Positions 13,401-28,400 of a DNA stretch of 64,000 nt are shown piece after piece. Each line of letters begins with the position of its first letter. Position 1 is the stretch's first letter. The position numbers were made by a program, and so were the translations under genes. Source of the DNA: Ophelia neglecta. Taxonomy: Eukaryota. The notes beneath the pieces were generated by a model. It was not told the origin of the DNA. It was given only the letters and a program-made list of their open reading frames with translations, and ran no database searches. The stretch spans positions 67,952,001-68,016,000 of the forward strand of contig OZ260662.1 of the NCBI GenBank assembly GCA_965285935.1. The letters run 5' to 3'.

Positions 13401-16400
13401 GGTGGATTCTTCAGAACACGAAACAGTATTGGGTCTTACATTTAGCCTTTTTTATATGCATGGATGTGTTTTCAAAATTATGGAATGTGATACAATTGTC
13501 TCAACAAAGACTTTTCTCAATGAAAAAGACAAGTAAATACAAATTAGCTTTATGCCGGTTCATTCATCATTTGTTTCTCAATAATATATGGCTGCTTACC
13601 TCACGTTTCATTTGAACTTAAAAATGACCAATTTTGCCTCATATTTACCAAAGGGCCTATACATTGGGAGGAGATTTACATGAATGGGTCTGGTTTCCAA
13701 ATCTCAGAGGCATACCCATGGTCATCGAAGTAGGACCTCATTACTCCCCCGCCCCGAATTTGTTCCTTCTCAGTCATAAGTGAGCAGTATTTTTGGTACA
13801 TAACTTTTAATAAAGCGATGTTATTTCGGAACCATGCTAAGCTGAGCAAATAATACCGTTAATTGTGCCAAGGTAAAAATGCATGACTGGTACAAATACA
13901 AATACTGCTATTAAAATCGACAGACACAAAAGGTGAATTAGATGTTTTTTTCTTATCATTTGCATTAATCTAAAACACAAACAGAAATTCCTACATGTAT
14001 ATATTTAACATAACGTTGCATCTTTGTAAGAAGCATAGAGCTTGTGTTTGTGTCAATGATGGAATCTATTTCTAGAGTTTGGAATGAATAAAAAAGAAAT
14101 TTAATAGTCGGGCGTGGACACGATTAAATGAAAATGGAGAACATAGTTAAGTAACCCTTCCGGTCAGGTTGAGTATATTGAATGTAAACACGGCGAACAG
14201 AGCCAGTCTGAAACCGATAGTCGAACAGTTGTAAAGCAGACAACTTTCTTCAGGAACACTAATACCATTCGCTTCGTGCGAAGCCTAACTAACAGAAAGA
14301 TAATATGGGCTCAAGGCTATTTTCTGACGACCCATCGGTTTTTCTTCAATTTATATGATTATGGCCTTATCTTATTGCCTCATGTGAATAAAGAAAACAG
14401 TTCGCCTGTAGAACATTATTCAAAAAGAACTTCACGAAAGAAGAGGGGGTAAAATGTCCAATTTGCGGTCATGGCGCATGAGAAAAACTTTCAGGCTTAT
14501 GAACTTATTTCTTAAAAAGTGTTCCTAATATAGGTCTTCATGTATTATATATAGCTGCCGAAGGCCAACTAAATATAAATTGTTCCAAAGTGTTACCTCT
14601 ATTATATGAAAGCATGGACATGGGCATGAGAGCATTACGATAATTACGTATTGTGTTACGATGGGCAGGAGGTAATGGCTTTGGCGATCAGGTGATTTCG
14701 AGTAAGACGGTTGAAAAAAAGAATGCATGATTTACGTGATGCTTCCCTTTCAGGAAAAAATTCAATTTTAGAAAATGCCTCCCTAAGAAAAACGGTACTA
14801 GACTGGAGACATTGAATGGCCATCTGGCATGGTTGCATCTATTATTTGGACGTTGGTAATATCTTAGACAAAAAGGTTGAGGATGACAGTCTGCTAATCT
14901 ATGGAATATTAAGTCCTAAAATCTGACGAGCTGTCACTAAGCAGTGAGATTATTAACATCCCCCAGTCAGTTTTTTTACCATATTTAAAGGTTCGTTATT
15001 CCGTTTAAAAAACACGAAATTGCCTTGGCGCACCTGAGATTCGAAGCCCTGGTTGTCATTAAGTAACACCTAATCTCTCAACCAAATTATTAGCATACTT
15101 GCTGCTTACGTTGCTTAGAGCTGGGGAAGAAGTTTGATGAAAAAAGGGTGGACGATGGAGCAGTTAATTGCCTAGAATGATAATAGAATTAAGAGAGATT
15201 CCTGATATGTGACGTTTATAGTCCCATCTGGACGAAACGGCAAGACATCTTTGCAAGGGAATTTAGATTCAAAACCTTATATTAAATTACCACAGGACAG
15301 GGCATCAAAGCAGCTCAAGCTGATAAGTAGCAATGTCAAATATTTTTCGGACAACCACATACGTGGGGGGGGGGGTCATTGTTTTCTGAGGTGTCATAGA
15401 CCCTGCAGATTCTCTGAGTCTTTATCTGATAATCTGTTACTCTGTGTCTTCATCTCATTATATATACGTGTGTCTGCAAGCTATTTGTATTTGAGCACCA
15501 ATAAAATGTGGCATTTAAAGAATGAAGCTGTGAAGGGGTGTCGTAATTATTTATAGCTGGAGGTAGATTGGGATGGTAGCTGTTGTGATTTTTTACCCCC
15601 ATTCTCCATGGTAGAATTATTTGCCCCGCTTTGCTCCTTTTGCCAGTAGACCATGCAGACACCTTTCTTCTTCCTAGAGGTCATTAAAGAGCCATCGATA
15701 GCGAGCAAGTCGTAAATAATGACCCACCTAGCTTAGGTCTGTTATCCAGGTTATCCCTTTGATCCTATTCAAAAGGGCCAAAAGGGAGATAGGTCGACTA
15801 ATTGAATCATGCCTGTCTGATAAACTACTATGAACATTCACTGATGAACGGACAAATTTGTCGATAAAATTATTGAAACGGGTTCATTCTAACCTAATAC
15901 TTATAGGACAGTCTATTAAACCAAATTCGGTACTCATACTTTTGTTTCATTTCCGAATTGTCAGAAACACCACTTTACTATGTAACTACATGTAGATAAC
16001 AAGCTGGGGAAAAATAGCCATCATAGGCTGAACTCAACTTAAATAAGTTGTAAATACAAATATAAAGCATAAGAAGAAAATATATTGTTTTGGTTCAGCA
16101 GCAACCCTGCCCTGCTAACAGTGGTTTTTAAACCGCTATTTTTCTCTACTTACTAAATAATAGGCACGCTTATTGCATAATAGCCTATGATAATGGCTCT
16201 TAAAACCTGTACCTGCTTATTGAATTATTAAAAGTCCCTGCACCTTGTTTTCCAGTCCTTTTGTCTATGTCTAGGCCTATGCACCGAATATGTTTCATTG
16301 AGACAAAACCAATTACAACGGGAAATAGTATTAATGGTCCAATCGAAATAACTCAGACTAGCAGTGAAAATAAGCTTATCTGTCCTGCCCGGTATATTTG

Positions 16401-19254
16401 TCAATCGCGTGAAGACCTGCTATCGTGGAAGTGTATTTTCAGAAATAGGACGCACATCCAGGACATCTTTACTACCTACCGTAATAAGTTAATTTGTGCT
16501 TGTTCGTAAAGCTATAAATCAGCACTCGTTTATGAACAGGCGACAGATTGGTTACTTAAGAGCCACCACTGGAATGTGTAATAGTTCCAAATAGGTAGCC
16601 TGGATAAAAATATTATCCCCATGAGATATGTTCAAGATCTGTGAGATGTAATTGCCATGTAGGATTAGAGGGTACAGGACTTGTCTTTAGTTAAAGATCT
16701 TATTTTTGCCATGAAGGCAGTGTCATATATGTAAATCATGATTCGTTATAATCCACTATTCGGGGGTGCAATAAGCTCCTTGGAGCTTCCATTTTATTTT
16801 CCTTCCACTATTATGTATCGTTTTCCTATTTATTATTTAAAATCGGTATTCCTATGGATATGATGTATGCTAATTAAACTTCACAATGTTGGTAATGTCA
16901 GATTACTGGGAAGAGTTTACGATGTAATAACATTACCACTGCACAATTCGCTACTTTAAAAAGGATGGCATAGTAACCATAGAAAACTTTTGATGTTTTG
17001 ATGAGTGTGGGCCTGACAGTGGTGCTTCTCGTTCCTGGTGATTTTGAACCAATAAAAGGACTTTCCGTGACTTATGACTTTGCATTGTCTGCCACCCATC
17101 AACTCCCATTTTTACAAAATAAATATAACTATTGATTTATATTCAACGTTCCTAAAGATGATTTATTGTATTCATTTGAGGGTCACATAATATACTCACA
17201 GTGGAGGAGGATACTTGAGATAACAATTAAGAATATAACTTGTGAGTATATAACTTACAATAACGGAACAATGGGGGGGGGGGGGGGCAAAAAGTTGCTT
17301 ACGTTGGCGAAGTCTATCATCCCGCCTTTGTCTTGGTGCCTTGCGGTAACTGCAATATACGTAAATATCCTTTCCAAACAGATTTCCAAATAGAGTCATT
17401 CCTGGCATTTTCAGGGCCTCTTTATAAGGACAGTATTAATTCAGCTGCCCCGTTCTTACAATTATAACCAAATATCAATAAAAAAACTACAGGAAAGTAA
17501 TTCTAAAATACACCCTTTGCTTCTCCAAATGAATATATTGTTAGCTGTCTTGCTACGAAAATGGACAGGCTGAACTACGCAAACCATAATTATGTTTTAT
17601 CCAATTTGTTATTAGAAACTTTAACATGAGGGGCTTCACTAAGCAGGCTACCGTGCAAAACATATACAGAAACACTTATACTTGGCTATACATTATTTAA
17701 TTATATTATTGAATTGACATAAAATTGATTGTACCAGATTATGGTAATTGTTATAATATGTCTTTGCCATGTTGATAAATTAACTAGCTATTCTTTGAAT
17801 GAATTCTAATACAACAGCCATATTGAGTTGCCGCGAACGGAGTTTCTTCCTTGCCTTACCTATAATTAATATATCATATGGCACATAAACTCACATGTAG
17901 ACCTATATCTATATCATTAGATTATAGTCGGTTACCTGTTATATGATTCGTTAAGTACCGTACGAATATAGGGTGCACGAATAAGTTTGCGTGTATATGT
18001 ATAATAAAAAGTGAGACTTATGACCCTTATAGTACACGTTGACTGCCCATTCACTGACCTGTTAAAAGTAGGTGTCACTTATGGCCAATAAAATTCACTT
18101 CCTTGTAACTAAATGCTAGGCATATTCTGGACTAACCTGGCTGGTCTGTCGTGTTTATTTTGAAATGTTAAGAATACAAGATTTATCGCTCTGAACACCC
18201 AATACAAACTTAAGCGATCGCTCGAATTTGCTTCGACTTAGAGGCGTCACCAGGCGGGCTCTTCCAAACCTAAAACGTATTTTATCAATGGAAGCCCTTC
18301 TATTGTAGTTCCTCGTAAGTGCATGAAGCCCCCCTCCCCCCTCCGCCCCACGCGTTGTCAACCTTGCTGCTTCAAGACAATGCACTGTCAGACCGAGCAG
18401 CAGGTAAAACCTACATTAAATAACTGTCAATATCTCTTGATTGATTTGTTGCATTAAATATTGCTTTGATAAAATCACCAAACAAAACATATATAGCCAT
18501 AACACTTGAAACCTTAATATTATTAATATATAAAATAACCCTCATTGTAATAATGAAATTGCCTTCAATTATTATTCAACTGTTTACTTTTAAACTAATA
18601 AATGACATATAATTCCATGGAATTGTGTGCAGGTTTATCCAAACATCATGACGTCATAACCGGAAGTGGAACGGATACAGAGAAACGCATTTCAATGCGT
18701 GTACCTGCATGCAACTGATGAATAATATTATATAAAGTAGTTTAGTTTAAAAATCTTATCCATGGCTTTAGGCAAACGTCAGAAAATCATGGCAATTTTG
18801 TTTCGTTAATTCGTCTCCAATTGAAGCTGGATGATCACATTCTACGCCAACAATGACAATCTTTTGCGGTACTTTATATTATTTTGAGCAATAGTGCGCT
18901 CTGTGAAAGTCGATTCGACAACCCGTTTATCTAATTAGGCCAATAGATAGCATCCTTTTAGGATCGTAAGTCCATATGTTATCTGATTGTACGGCCGCCG
19001 GTCTAAGTATCCGGACTGGTCAGTTATTTAAATTAAAGAGACCTCTGGGATTGGAACTCACCAGCTTGGCGCCCATTATTCAGACCCTCTCGCACTAAGT
19101 GCTCCGAGAACCAACAGTTTGACTTCGGACGTCAGTATGTCTTAATAATTGTACACGATGACATTTTATATCAATTTTATTTTTGGTTTTATAATACCCG
19201 GGCTATCTGTGTTTTACACGGTTGCTAGCCCAGCTGGCGTCGTTGCTGTCTGCT

Positions 19255-19300
19255 GCGCCGCTAACTATAAGCGGTCCCGGGCCCGCCAACTATAAGCTGC
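19255..19300 (+). promoter_or_regulatory. Candidate core promoter of gene A (two TATA-like AACTATAAGC in a GC-rich patch)
   Basis: ctAACTATAAGCggtcccgggcccgccAACTATAAGCtgcc, 170-210 nt upstream of the proposed ATG. Confidence 0.4.
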
Positions 19301-19470
19301 CCAATTTACCTGGACACCTTGGTTCTACCAAATGCCTTCTGCATTGCCGAATTCAACGAAACTAAGCGTGCCAGAGTAGCCACAGTGACTATCTTCAGTT
19401 GTTCATGCAGGAGAATCTTAGCAATCTTCAGCTCCTTCGCCTGCCATAGAACCGCGTGTGAGCTGGTAAA

Positions 19471-22400
19471 ATGAATTCATGCATTCTGATAACAGTAACT
19501 TGGCATATTTTATTCTACTTTGGAACTTTCACGTTATTTCTCTTCGATCCTTGTGGTGGGAGCAGACAAGAAAACAATGATTCAACGGTGGTCGACTTAC
19601 CAGTCATAAGAGTTGGCTCCAGGTAGGCAATAGAAATATAGTTACTAGTCTATAGTTGGCATCCTCATTCATTATTAAATTCTATTGGATTTTCTTTCTT
19701 GGACCCTTTAGTTTATTGTTTTCAAACACTGATTTATCTCTCATGGACTATCAATTACTGCTATAAACACGCTTTAAATTTTGATTAATTTTATATTGGA
19801 TTAGTGAACTAGCCACCAGGTTATCAAAATGCATGCATGTCTTTCCATTGACTGAATGAATTATTTACAGACTTAATGATATGTACTTTTTAAAAAAAAA
19901 ACGACACGCTCGATGCGGTGCTCATGTAAAAAAAAAGAAATAATTTATAGCAAGAGCAGTTTTTTACGCAGCAGACGACTTTTCTTATTCGAGAAAGTCA
20001 TAAGAGCTTTAAAATAAGCAGGGCATGACTTACATCCGGTTATGTCTGTTGACTGACACACTCAACATAAATAAACTCAGGAGTCATATTTCTGTTGATA
20101 AGAAGAAATTCAATGCGCTTATCCTTGTTAAGTGGCAGTGATACCACCAACTCATACATTTGGCAAATCAGTATCTAGAATGCGTCTTTTCTAAATACAA
20201 TGTCGAATTGATCGATAAAATCACTATATATATCACGATGGTTCAAATAAGCTGAGGATTTCAAAATTTACAACATACAACTAGAACAAAGACTTTTCAA
20301 TATATGGCTTCCACCGCTCAATCTTTATAAAATAGTTACTTTATACAGTAGAAACAAGAACAAATTCTATGAAAAACCTAGGTACTCTCCCTCGTAAAAA
20401 AAAAATCGGCAATACTTTGGCTGTGGGTATTATCAATGGCTAAGATCTATGATATATACGAGTCTAGACAGCTGTTAAATTCCGTTCGTTCATAAACTCC
20501 TCATCACTTCATATCGCCAAGGCAAAAAACCTGAGCTATATGTTTCAGATGTGGGCAAATGGGGGCCGGAGGTAGTCTATGCAAATCAAAAGCCAATCAG
20601 ATTGAACAGGATAAAGTTAGATTTATAAATATAATGACGTGTTTTCTTTATTTTCTATGGCGTGTTATAAGGTGGTAAGACTTACGTGTAAATAAACTCG
20701 ACCGTAAACTTACAGTTTACCTATCATACCTCTGACTCGACAAAGGCATTATGATTGAAGTTTTAATGCAATTTGAAATTATGTGACTTAAATTTGAAGT
20801 ACCTGGATTAATGCCCTTCATCGATCACGTTTGTTATCATGTTATTGATGATCAATGCTCATTTTACAGCCATTACACACGTGGGCATGGCAATGTGTGC
20901 TACAAAGAAACAAGCCTCGGTTTTAGTCGAAGGAATTAAACAAATGTCATAATAACACCTATATCAATTGATAAACATACAATGCGATTATCATGCAATT
21001 ATACTTTTTACTAAGACCAACTTGTCGTTTTTACTGTAATACTGGCCGTAATTTATGTAACAGGTGTTTGTTTTAACAAGCCATAATTATGCGATAATTC
21101 ATATTCCATATTGATTGAAGTCATTAAGATATTGGTTGACGAATTAACTAGGTATGCAAGGGTAATTTGGTATTAATTGTTTTAAAATAACATAACAGGC
21201 AACAGATAAAACATCCGCGCCCATAAATTACAGTCTGCCTTCGGAATAACCGATAAAGCTTGAACCGGTGAATACTGGGCTCAATTACACTAATTCCTGG
21301 ATCAGGTCTTGGAGGGAGCTATTCCATGTATAGACGAATTGTGAATTTAAAACAGTTTCGACTGGTGGCAAGTCCCTACAAAACTCGTCTGGCACCGTTG
21401 GTTTTGCCAGGGATTCAAGAAAGTTTCTTTTATCCCAGGTTTTGCTGAGGTGTCCGGTGATTATCTGTGCATTAGTCTATCAGGAAGGCCACTGATCAAA
21501 GCTTAAAGAGGGCCGAATCTTGATATCACCTGTTTCTGACAGACAGAGCTCGTGGGATAAAGTATGGTCTGAGATTTTCTCCAGAGAAAAATATTGCAGG
21601 TCCATTTGAGATACTTTGGTGATGTGTAAGTTCACTTATAGGAATATGCCCATGGAGTTGCAGGCGGGCCTTGACAATAGAATAAAACCAATTGATAAAC
21701 CAAATGAGACCAACATTTAAGGCACCCACACACAAAATAAAATTCCTCTTAGTGGTATTTAACCTCCTTGATATGCATGACCATATGCAATAGAAACAAA
21801 TGTACAAACCATAGAATGTAACCACAAAGCATAATGTAACACAGAGAATAACATAATATTAGATAATACTAAACAAAACACCGGGCACACACCGAATTCC
21901 CTGCAGGCTAGCAAGCCCCCATCGGGACCCCACCCAAAAATTATTTTCCTGAAATACGCCTCGACCGATATGATATGGCCGTTTAAACTCAATATGCAGT
22001 ATTTTGCATTTTAAGCTTTTTTCTAAGTAAATGCCCCATTTATTAATGTGTTTTATAGTGTGACGGGTGTATCGGAGGAGAAACGATTAGTGAAGCACCT
22101 GTTGCGCGACTACCGGAAAGTAGGAAGGATGGGTCGTCCGGTGAGGAACTCCTCGTCAAGCCTCGTTGTCGAGTTCGGTCTCGGTCTGATCAAGATGGAC
22201 GTAATGGAGAAAGACAATAAACTCACAATGAGTGCTTGGTCCAGATATGTAAGTGATGTTGTTTTTTTCTTGATCTCCTTGTATAATGGCTCGACAGTCT
22301 GAAGAATAAGCAAATACTCTCTATAATTTGGTCCTGGATGGTCATAGATGTGCACCGAATGAAGTTATAGTTATCTCAGCACGGGGTAGTTCCACCAACA

Positions 22401-25400
22401 TTTAGAGGAAAACTGCAGAGAGGGTGTTAAAGGGGTCTGTAACTGACAGTGTTAATATACTTTATGGGTGGAGTTTGACATGCCTTAATTGGATTGCTAA
22501 TAGGGTCTCAACCTTACTCGAGGCATTGATAGCACAATCATCTCTAGGCCATATCTCGCCAAGGTCCTCTGTCAGAATAGACAGGGCTGGTCCGGCGATA
22601 TTATGTCAGGGAGTTGTTTCGACACGAACAATGGTAAAAAGTACAGTTTTACTCTGTGTCTCAGGTAAGAAAACCCAGCTTGTTTGAAAAGACAGTCTTG
22701 CCATTGACTAGCTAAGCTTACGTTATTACCTTTTGGACTATACCATATGCTGAAAACGAGCTGGTGTAAACAAACTTACCTTAAACTTTCATTCTAAATT
22801 AAAAATGAATCGATGAATTGTGCAATGAATGTCTTCATGTGACACTTCTAGTCACTAAGTGTACAGTCTTCTCTCTTACTCGCTTCATGAGGGCGCGACT
22901 GAGCGGTTATTTAACAAGCCTACCTGTTAGTTATTTTAATCAGGTACACACAAAAAAAACTATTCTTGAGATTAAATGAACACTGCCATGTTAGCCTAGA
23001 CATGACGGATGAAGCGTACACTACTGTCTGTCTTACTAAATAGAAAAACCGACCATTCCTTGATATGTATACATATATACAAATCTCTCTTTTGTAAAAG
23101 GACATTATCTAGTGAATATAGTTTGAGGTTGAATTTTCATCTGCGCTGGAAAATGGTGGAAACACCATAAAGGCCACTTTAGCCGTGTTGGATCGAGAAT
23201 CTCATATTTGTGACAATGGCATGAATATCAAAGACTCGAAGAAATGAAAACTTGTTTTTAAAAAATGTTAACTTTAAAACTATTGGAGAAAAGAAGCAAA
23301 TAAATAGCCAGACACATTCCCGGGCTAACACGTCATGTTTCAATAGAAAATAGTTTGATATCTCAAAATACAGAAGGGTTTTCCTTTATAAAATCGGAAA
23401 ATCGGCATAGCACCAAAGCCTCAGGTTTAGATGGATTACCGCCACGCCTGTTCAAGGATACCCTGCTCACATTGCCCTTGGTCGTGTATTCCTCCGCCGC
23501 TTATCAGGTAGTGGATAAGGGTCTATGAGCAGGGTAGGTCAAGGCTCGTGCGTATTCCAAAGCAGCACAATTTAAACGCATCTGCAGTACATCGATCAAT
23601 GATTGAGAAATTCTTAACAGACTGGAAACTTGCAAAGGTGAAAGCAATTTTCCAATCTGGTGACTTTACTCTGGTAAATAACTACAGGCCCGTCTCTGTG
23701 CTTCCATCCTATCTGTGATAGTTAAAGTTGTGGAATGGCATTTCTTCGATTTAATACCCAACTATCTTCAACTATATTCTAAATAGTGAAAAAAGTCAGG
23801 TTTTCGACCATAACACTTATCACTGGTAGCACACCAACTGCGTAGAATTTGGTTATTTAATTAAAAGAATTGTTTGACGCGAAATCCATTCCTGTTGGTA
23901 AGTAGACGTGTATCATTTTTTATGCCGCTGGTATGAGGGCAGTTATTTGCTTGTAGTTGGAGAATGCTGCATATAGACCTAAAGTAGTGACACTTGTACA
24001 CAATTTGGCAGGATTTATTCAAGGAGTTTTCTGCACATGGAGGTCTGTAAGGATATCTGAGTACAAAAAGGACAGTATCTGAGTAAACTTTGTTCAAATG
24101 CCAGTCTTCAAATGTCAGACTGTAATATTAGAGAACTGTGTTGTACTTTCATTTTGTCTTGTCATATGTTAGCAGGAATTAAACTATAGTACAGCGTGCT
24201 TTTCGTCAAAAAAGCTTCCTTCTTTATACAAGTCGTTACACAATAGCTACTTTTCGTAATAACTGCATTTTATCTTCGTAATATATCATGTTATAATATG
24301 CAGTCGGATTTGCAGTAAGGATATGTAAATCATTGTGTATCAAACAATTGGCTGAATAAAGATATATAAATTCGATTTTATTTAAAAATGATTTGATTCC
24401 AAGGAAATAAGTATAAAGAAAAATGGTCGAGTACGAGCAAGCATACACTTGTCTTTGACTATGCCGTAGCTGATAATGACACAATGAAACAGCTTACATC
24501 AAATAATGTCTTCTTTTATGAAGGCGGACTTTTCCACTTCATCTAAACAAAACTTAGGTAGTTGTTCATATTGAAAGACAAACCCAAGCAATATATGTTT
24601 CCTTCTAGGTAACCATAATTTGCGCGTACTTATTATATACTATTCAGTTGCGCTAATAAAAATTTCCAGTATGGGCAATATTTTCTCCTTTCTATTTGCA
24701 TTGTCTTTTGGTTGACATAACTTGATGAATTATTAGGACCGCGTTTTATTTAATGGATGTATTCTAGATGGCTGATTTGGCCTTGTCTTCCTGCCGAACA
24801 TCCACTCGTGTATTGATCAGATATTCTATAGTATAAACTGCTGTATTGCAAACCAAACGTCGGGGGTCCAATATACTTTATAATCTGGCCCCAAATAAAA
24901 AAAAATTGAAATCAAAATCTCGAATGAACTTTTTTGTGCCATCATTTATATAAGTTCACTGTTATATCTTAATTGAGTTTTTGTCACTTATATTAATTTT
25001 AGTTTAATTTACCATAACGTCTATAATCTATATTTTTACCTTTGAAGAGGGGTACAGTGGCCCCCAATACTGAAAATGGGGCAACCTTTACGTCCAATTG
25101 GAGGACGAAATTCCGAAGTATGGTTCAATACTGAATTGTTACGGTTATTTTCTCAATCATATTGGCAGATACGCCGGAGGGTCTGCAAGCAGGACTGAAT
25201 ACACTAGAAACATATTGTGAAACATGGAAATTGAAGTTAAGCACAGAAAAAAACTAAAGTGGTAGTTTTTAGAAAAGTGGGTAGGTTACCGGGGAATCTG
25301 GGGTTCAAGTATAAAAAAGCAAAAAGAAGTCTCGAACTTTTCTTATTTGGGTTTAGTCTTATCAGCGGGCGGCTCTTGGACGGCAGCCCAGAAGACCCTG

Positions 25401-28400
25401 GCGAAGCAGGCCACGAAAGCAGTTTTTTGTTTGAAAAAATATACATGAGATGAGAATATATATAGATATAACATGAGCCCCACAGACATGTGCTCTCTAT
25501 TGATAAATTAGTTATTCCTGTTTTAAACTATTCCTCTGAACTATGGGGCTTTCATCGGGGGGGGGGGGGTGAATGTAGAGAGGGTTCATCTCAAATTTTG
25601 TAAAAGTATTTTAAACTTAAAAGACAGTACAAAGAATGAAATGGTTTATGGGGAGCTTAATCGGTTTCCTTTACAAATTAATAGGTACCTAAATATAATT
25701 AAATTGTGGCTTAAACTGATTCAAGTAGGTGGTAATAAGCCAATGCATAAAGTCTATTTAATATTATACAGCAGACTACAGCAGGATAATTGGGCCAGTA
25801 AAGTAAAATCTCTTCTGTTCAAATACGGTTTCGGAGAAGCTTGGCTGAATCAAGGTGTTGCCGATGTAAAACAATTTATAGTAATATCTAAACAGAGACT
25901 CTTTGATTGCTTTAAGCAAGATTGGCATGGGAATATAAACGATTCCTCAAAGTGTATATTTTATCGGTTTGTTCATCCAGACTTTGGCGTTCTGCCTTCT
26001 GATATGGACTGTGATGTGAGCATAAAGAATAAAAAAAACCCTGTGCAGATTTAGGTGTCGCAATCATTATTTGTATGTGGAGAGGGGCAGCTGGCAAAGG
26101 CCACCTGTAGAGTTTTCAGAGCGCAAATGTAGTGTATGGGATAAGTTGGACGATGAATACCATTTTGTACTGGAATGTTGTTTATTTTTCGAACTACGTG
26201 CCAGATATATTCCAAGATACTATGTAGTAAGGCCTAATGTATACAAACTTTTGGAACTGCTTAGATCTACCAATAGTAAAACTCTAAATAACTTAGCAAT
26301 TTACATCGGAAAAGCATCTGATATACATAAATTTTTTCTGATTCCATATTATTCATTGAATTTGTAAGCATTTAATGGTCTCTCTGACGCCATGTATGTT
26401 CATTTATATGTTTTGACTATACAACACGTAGGGTGTATTCCCTTTTTTTGTTGAATAAAACACTCAATTATAAGTTACCCCTGCCTACAATTTTAGAAGT
26501 GGTCAGAGGGAGGGGTAGTTGAAACAATGATTAATTTTAAGAAAACGATTCTCTTTGTATTGATTTCGAATACATCAAGCTTTAAAAATAAACAAATGTT
26601 TCATGCCGGCAAATGTTTCACAAACCAGGAGCACAAGTTCTCGTTAAAACTCCGAGACTATTAAAATGAGTTCAAGAACCATCTTTGTCAAGCGACAAAA
26701 TATCTTTTCTTTGGTAGATATACCTCGAATATGTCATTTAAATTAACTCATTCTGGGTGGAAATTTGACCAGGCCTCAATGGCCATAGCTCACGTATTCG
26801 TTTCGTGGCCACGAATTTTAAATTAAACAGACATTTAAGTGCACCCAGCGTGACCCGCCCTCTGGCGACTGGTACCCTGACTTCCTGTCACGCGTTTCTT
26901 TACGTCCCATCATTCATAGCGACCGCATCTAATGTGATATCCAAGGCTCGCCGGGACTGACACATCCAGTTAGGTTACTAAGAGGGCAAGGCAGATGCAT
27001 CGATCTTGATTGACACACATCCAAGGAAGGCGAGATCGGGTGCATTCAATTAGGCTCCTCTGTCAGGTTCGACTCAGCAGTCGTGTGATAGAGGCCACAC
27101 CAGGCTACCCTTAATCAAATGCGAGTTGTTTTCAATCCCAGTTAGAAAATACATACCAGCGCAATTCAATGTAAAAAGGCCAAAAATGGGGAAAAAAGCA
27201 ATCTCCTAAAACATCTTAATTGCTTTACTCTGCAAGACGTCCGATTCATTTTCTACACAACGTTTTAGACTGTGAGCGAAGAGAGATTTGAGAGATTCCC
27301 TGTTCAAATGAACGTGTATAGAGGATGTATGAGACGGATCTATTTGCACGTTTTGCATGGTTACATGCAGGTATTGGGGACTAAAGCTGTCTAACCATAA
27401 AATAAAATGCTCATAATTTATAATAAGATAAAGCATCAATATTTGATCAATATCATGGCCTGGTTAATTTGCCTCATTTTACAATTTTTCGGAGATTAGT
27501 TATTTATGTAACCCAAAATATCAGACGTTAATGGTACAAGAAAGTTCATTTTTGTTTCTTTTTGTTACGAAACTAATTACGCAATTTTAAAATTTGATTC
27601 CAAAACTTATCAAATTTATTATTGTAACTAATTCAACGTAAATGTTATCTTGATTAGTCTTTTAGCGGATGCACAGTTCTGATGTAAGGAATTAAATTGG
27701 TAGACATTTAGGCATTTTCAGGTTCTCAAATTGATGTTACTAACTAAATAATTGAGTTAAGGCTATAATTTTTAAAATGTTATATTTTTCTTCTATTAAT
27801 CGGTGCAACTTCATAATCAATCGTCGTTATACATACCCGCTTGATCAACTCATATATTCGGTGACCGTAACTATATAGTAAAAGGCAAGATTTATACTGG
27901 GAAATTATTTCACTAAATTTCTCATCTTGGTAAACTTGTACATGTACGTAATATTTAACTTAACGTTAAATACCAATAATTAGGATTGATTAATGATTTC
28001 ATTTTGTTAAGTATGAAAATAGTTAAGAATCAATAAAGTGTATTTTCGTACAGATTATCATTTATAAGTTATGAAGTTAGAAAGTTTTAGAAGTCAATAA
28101 TAATCTAATATAGATTTGGAAGAAATTATGAGGCGTTTTGATTTTTGATAAGTAGAGTCAGAAGAGGTTAGAAGGAAAGCTCATCATTGAATAGTTTGGA
28201 AATTAAACAACCCCAAGTAATGGGTGTGTCGGATAAAATCTGACATTATATACAATCGGTCATCACTAACAATAAAAACTAGGAGTGGATACCCGGCAGA
28301 CAATGCAAAGCCAAATAATTTTTCAAGAAAAGTACAATATAACGGCATCATAAACCGTCTGCTGCAGGCCCACAAACACCAATCCTAGTCGACAAACTGC

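Noticed and set aside
23860-24500. Minus-strand ORFs in intron 2 as a nested gene
   Set aside because: They are fragmented, with no recognisable domain or consistent splice structure.
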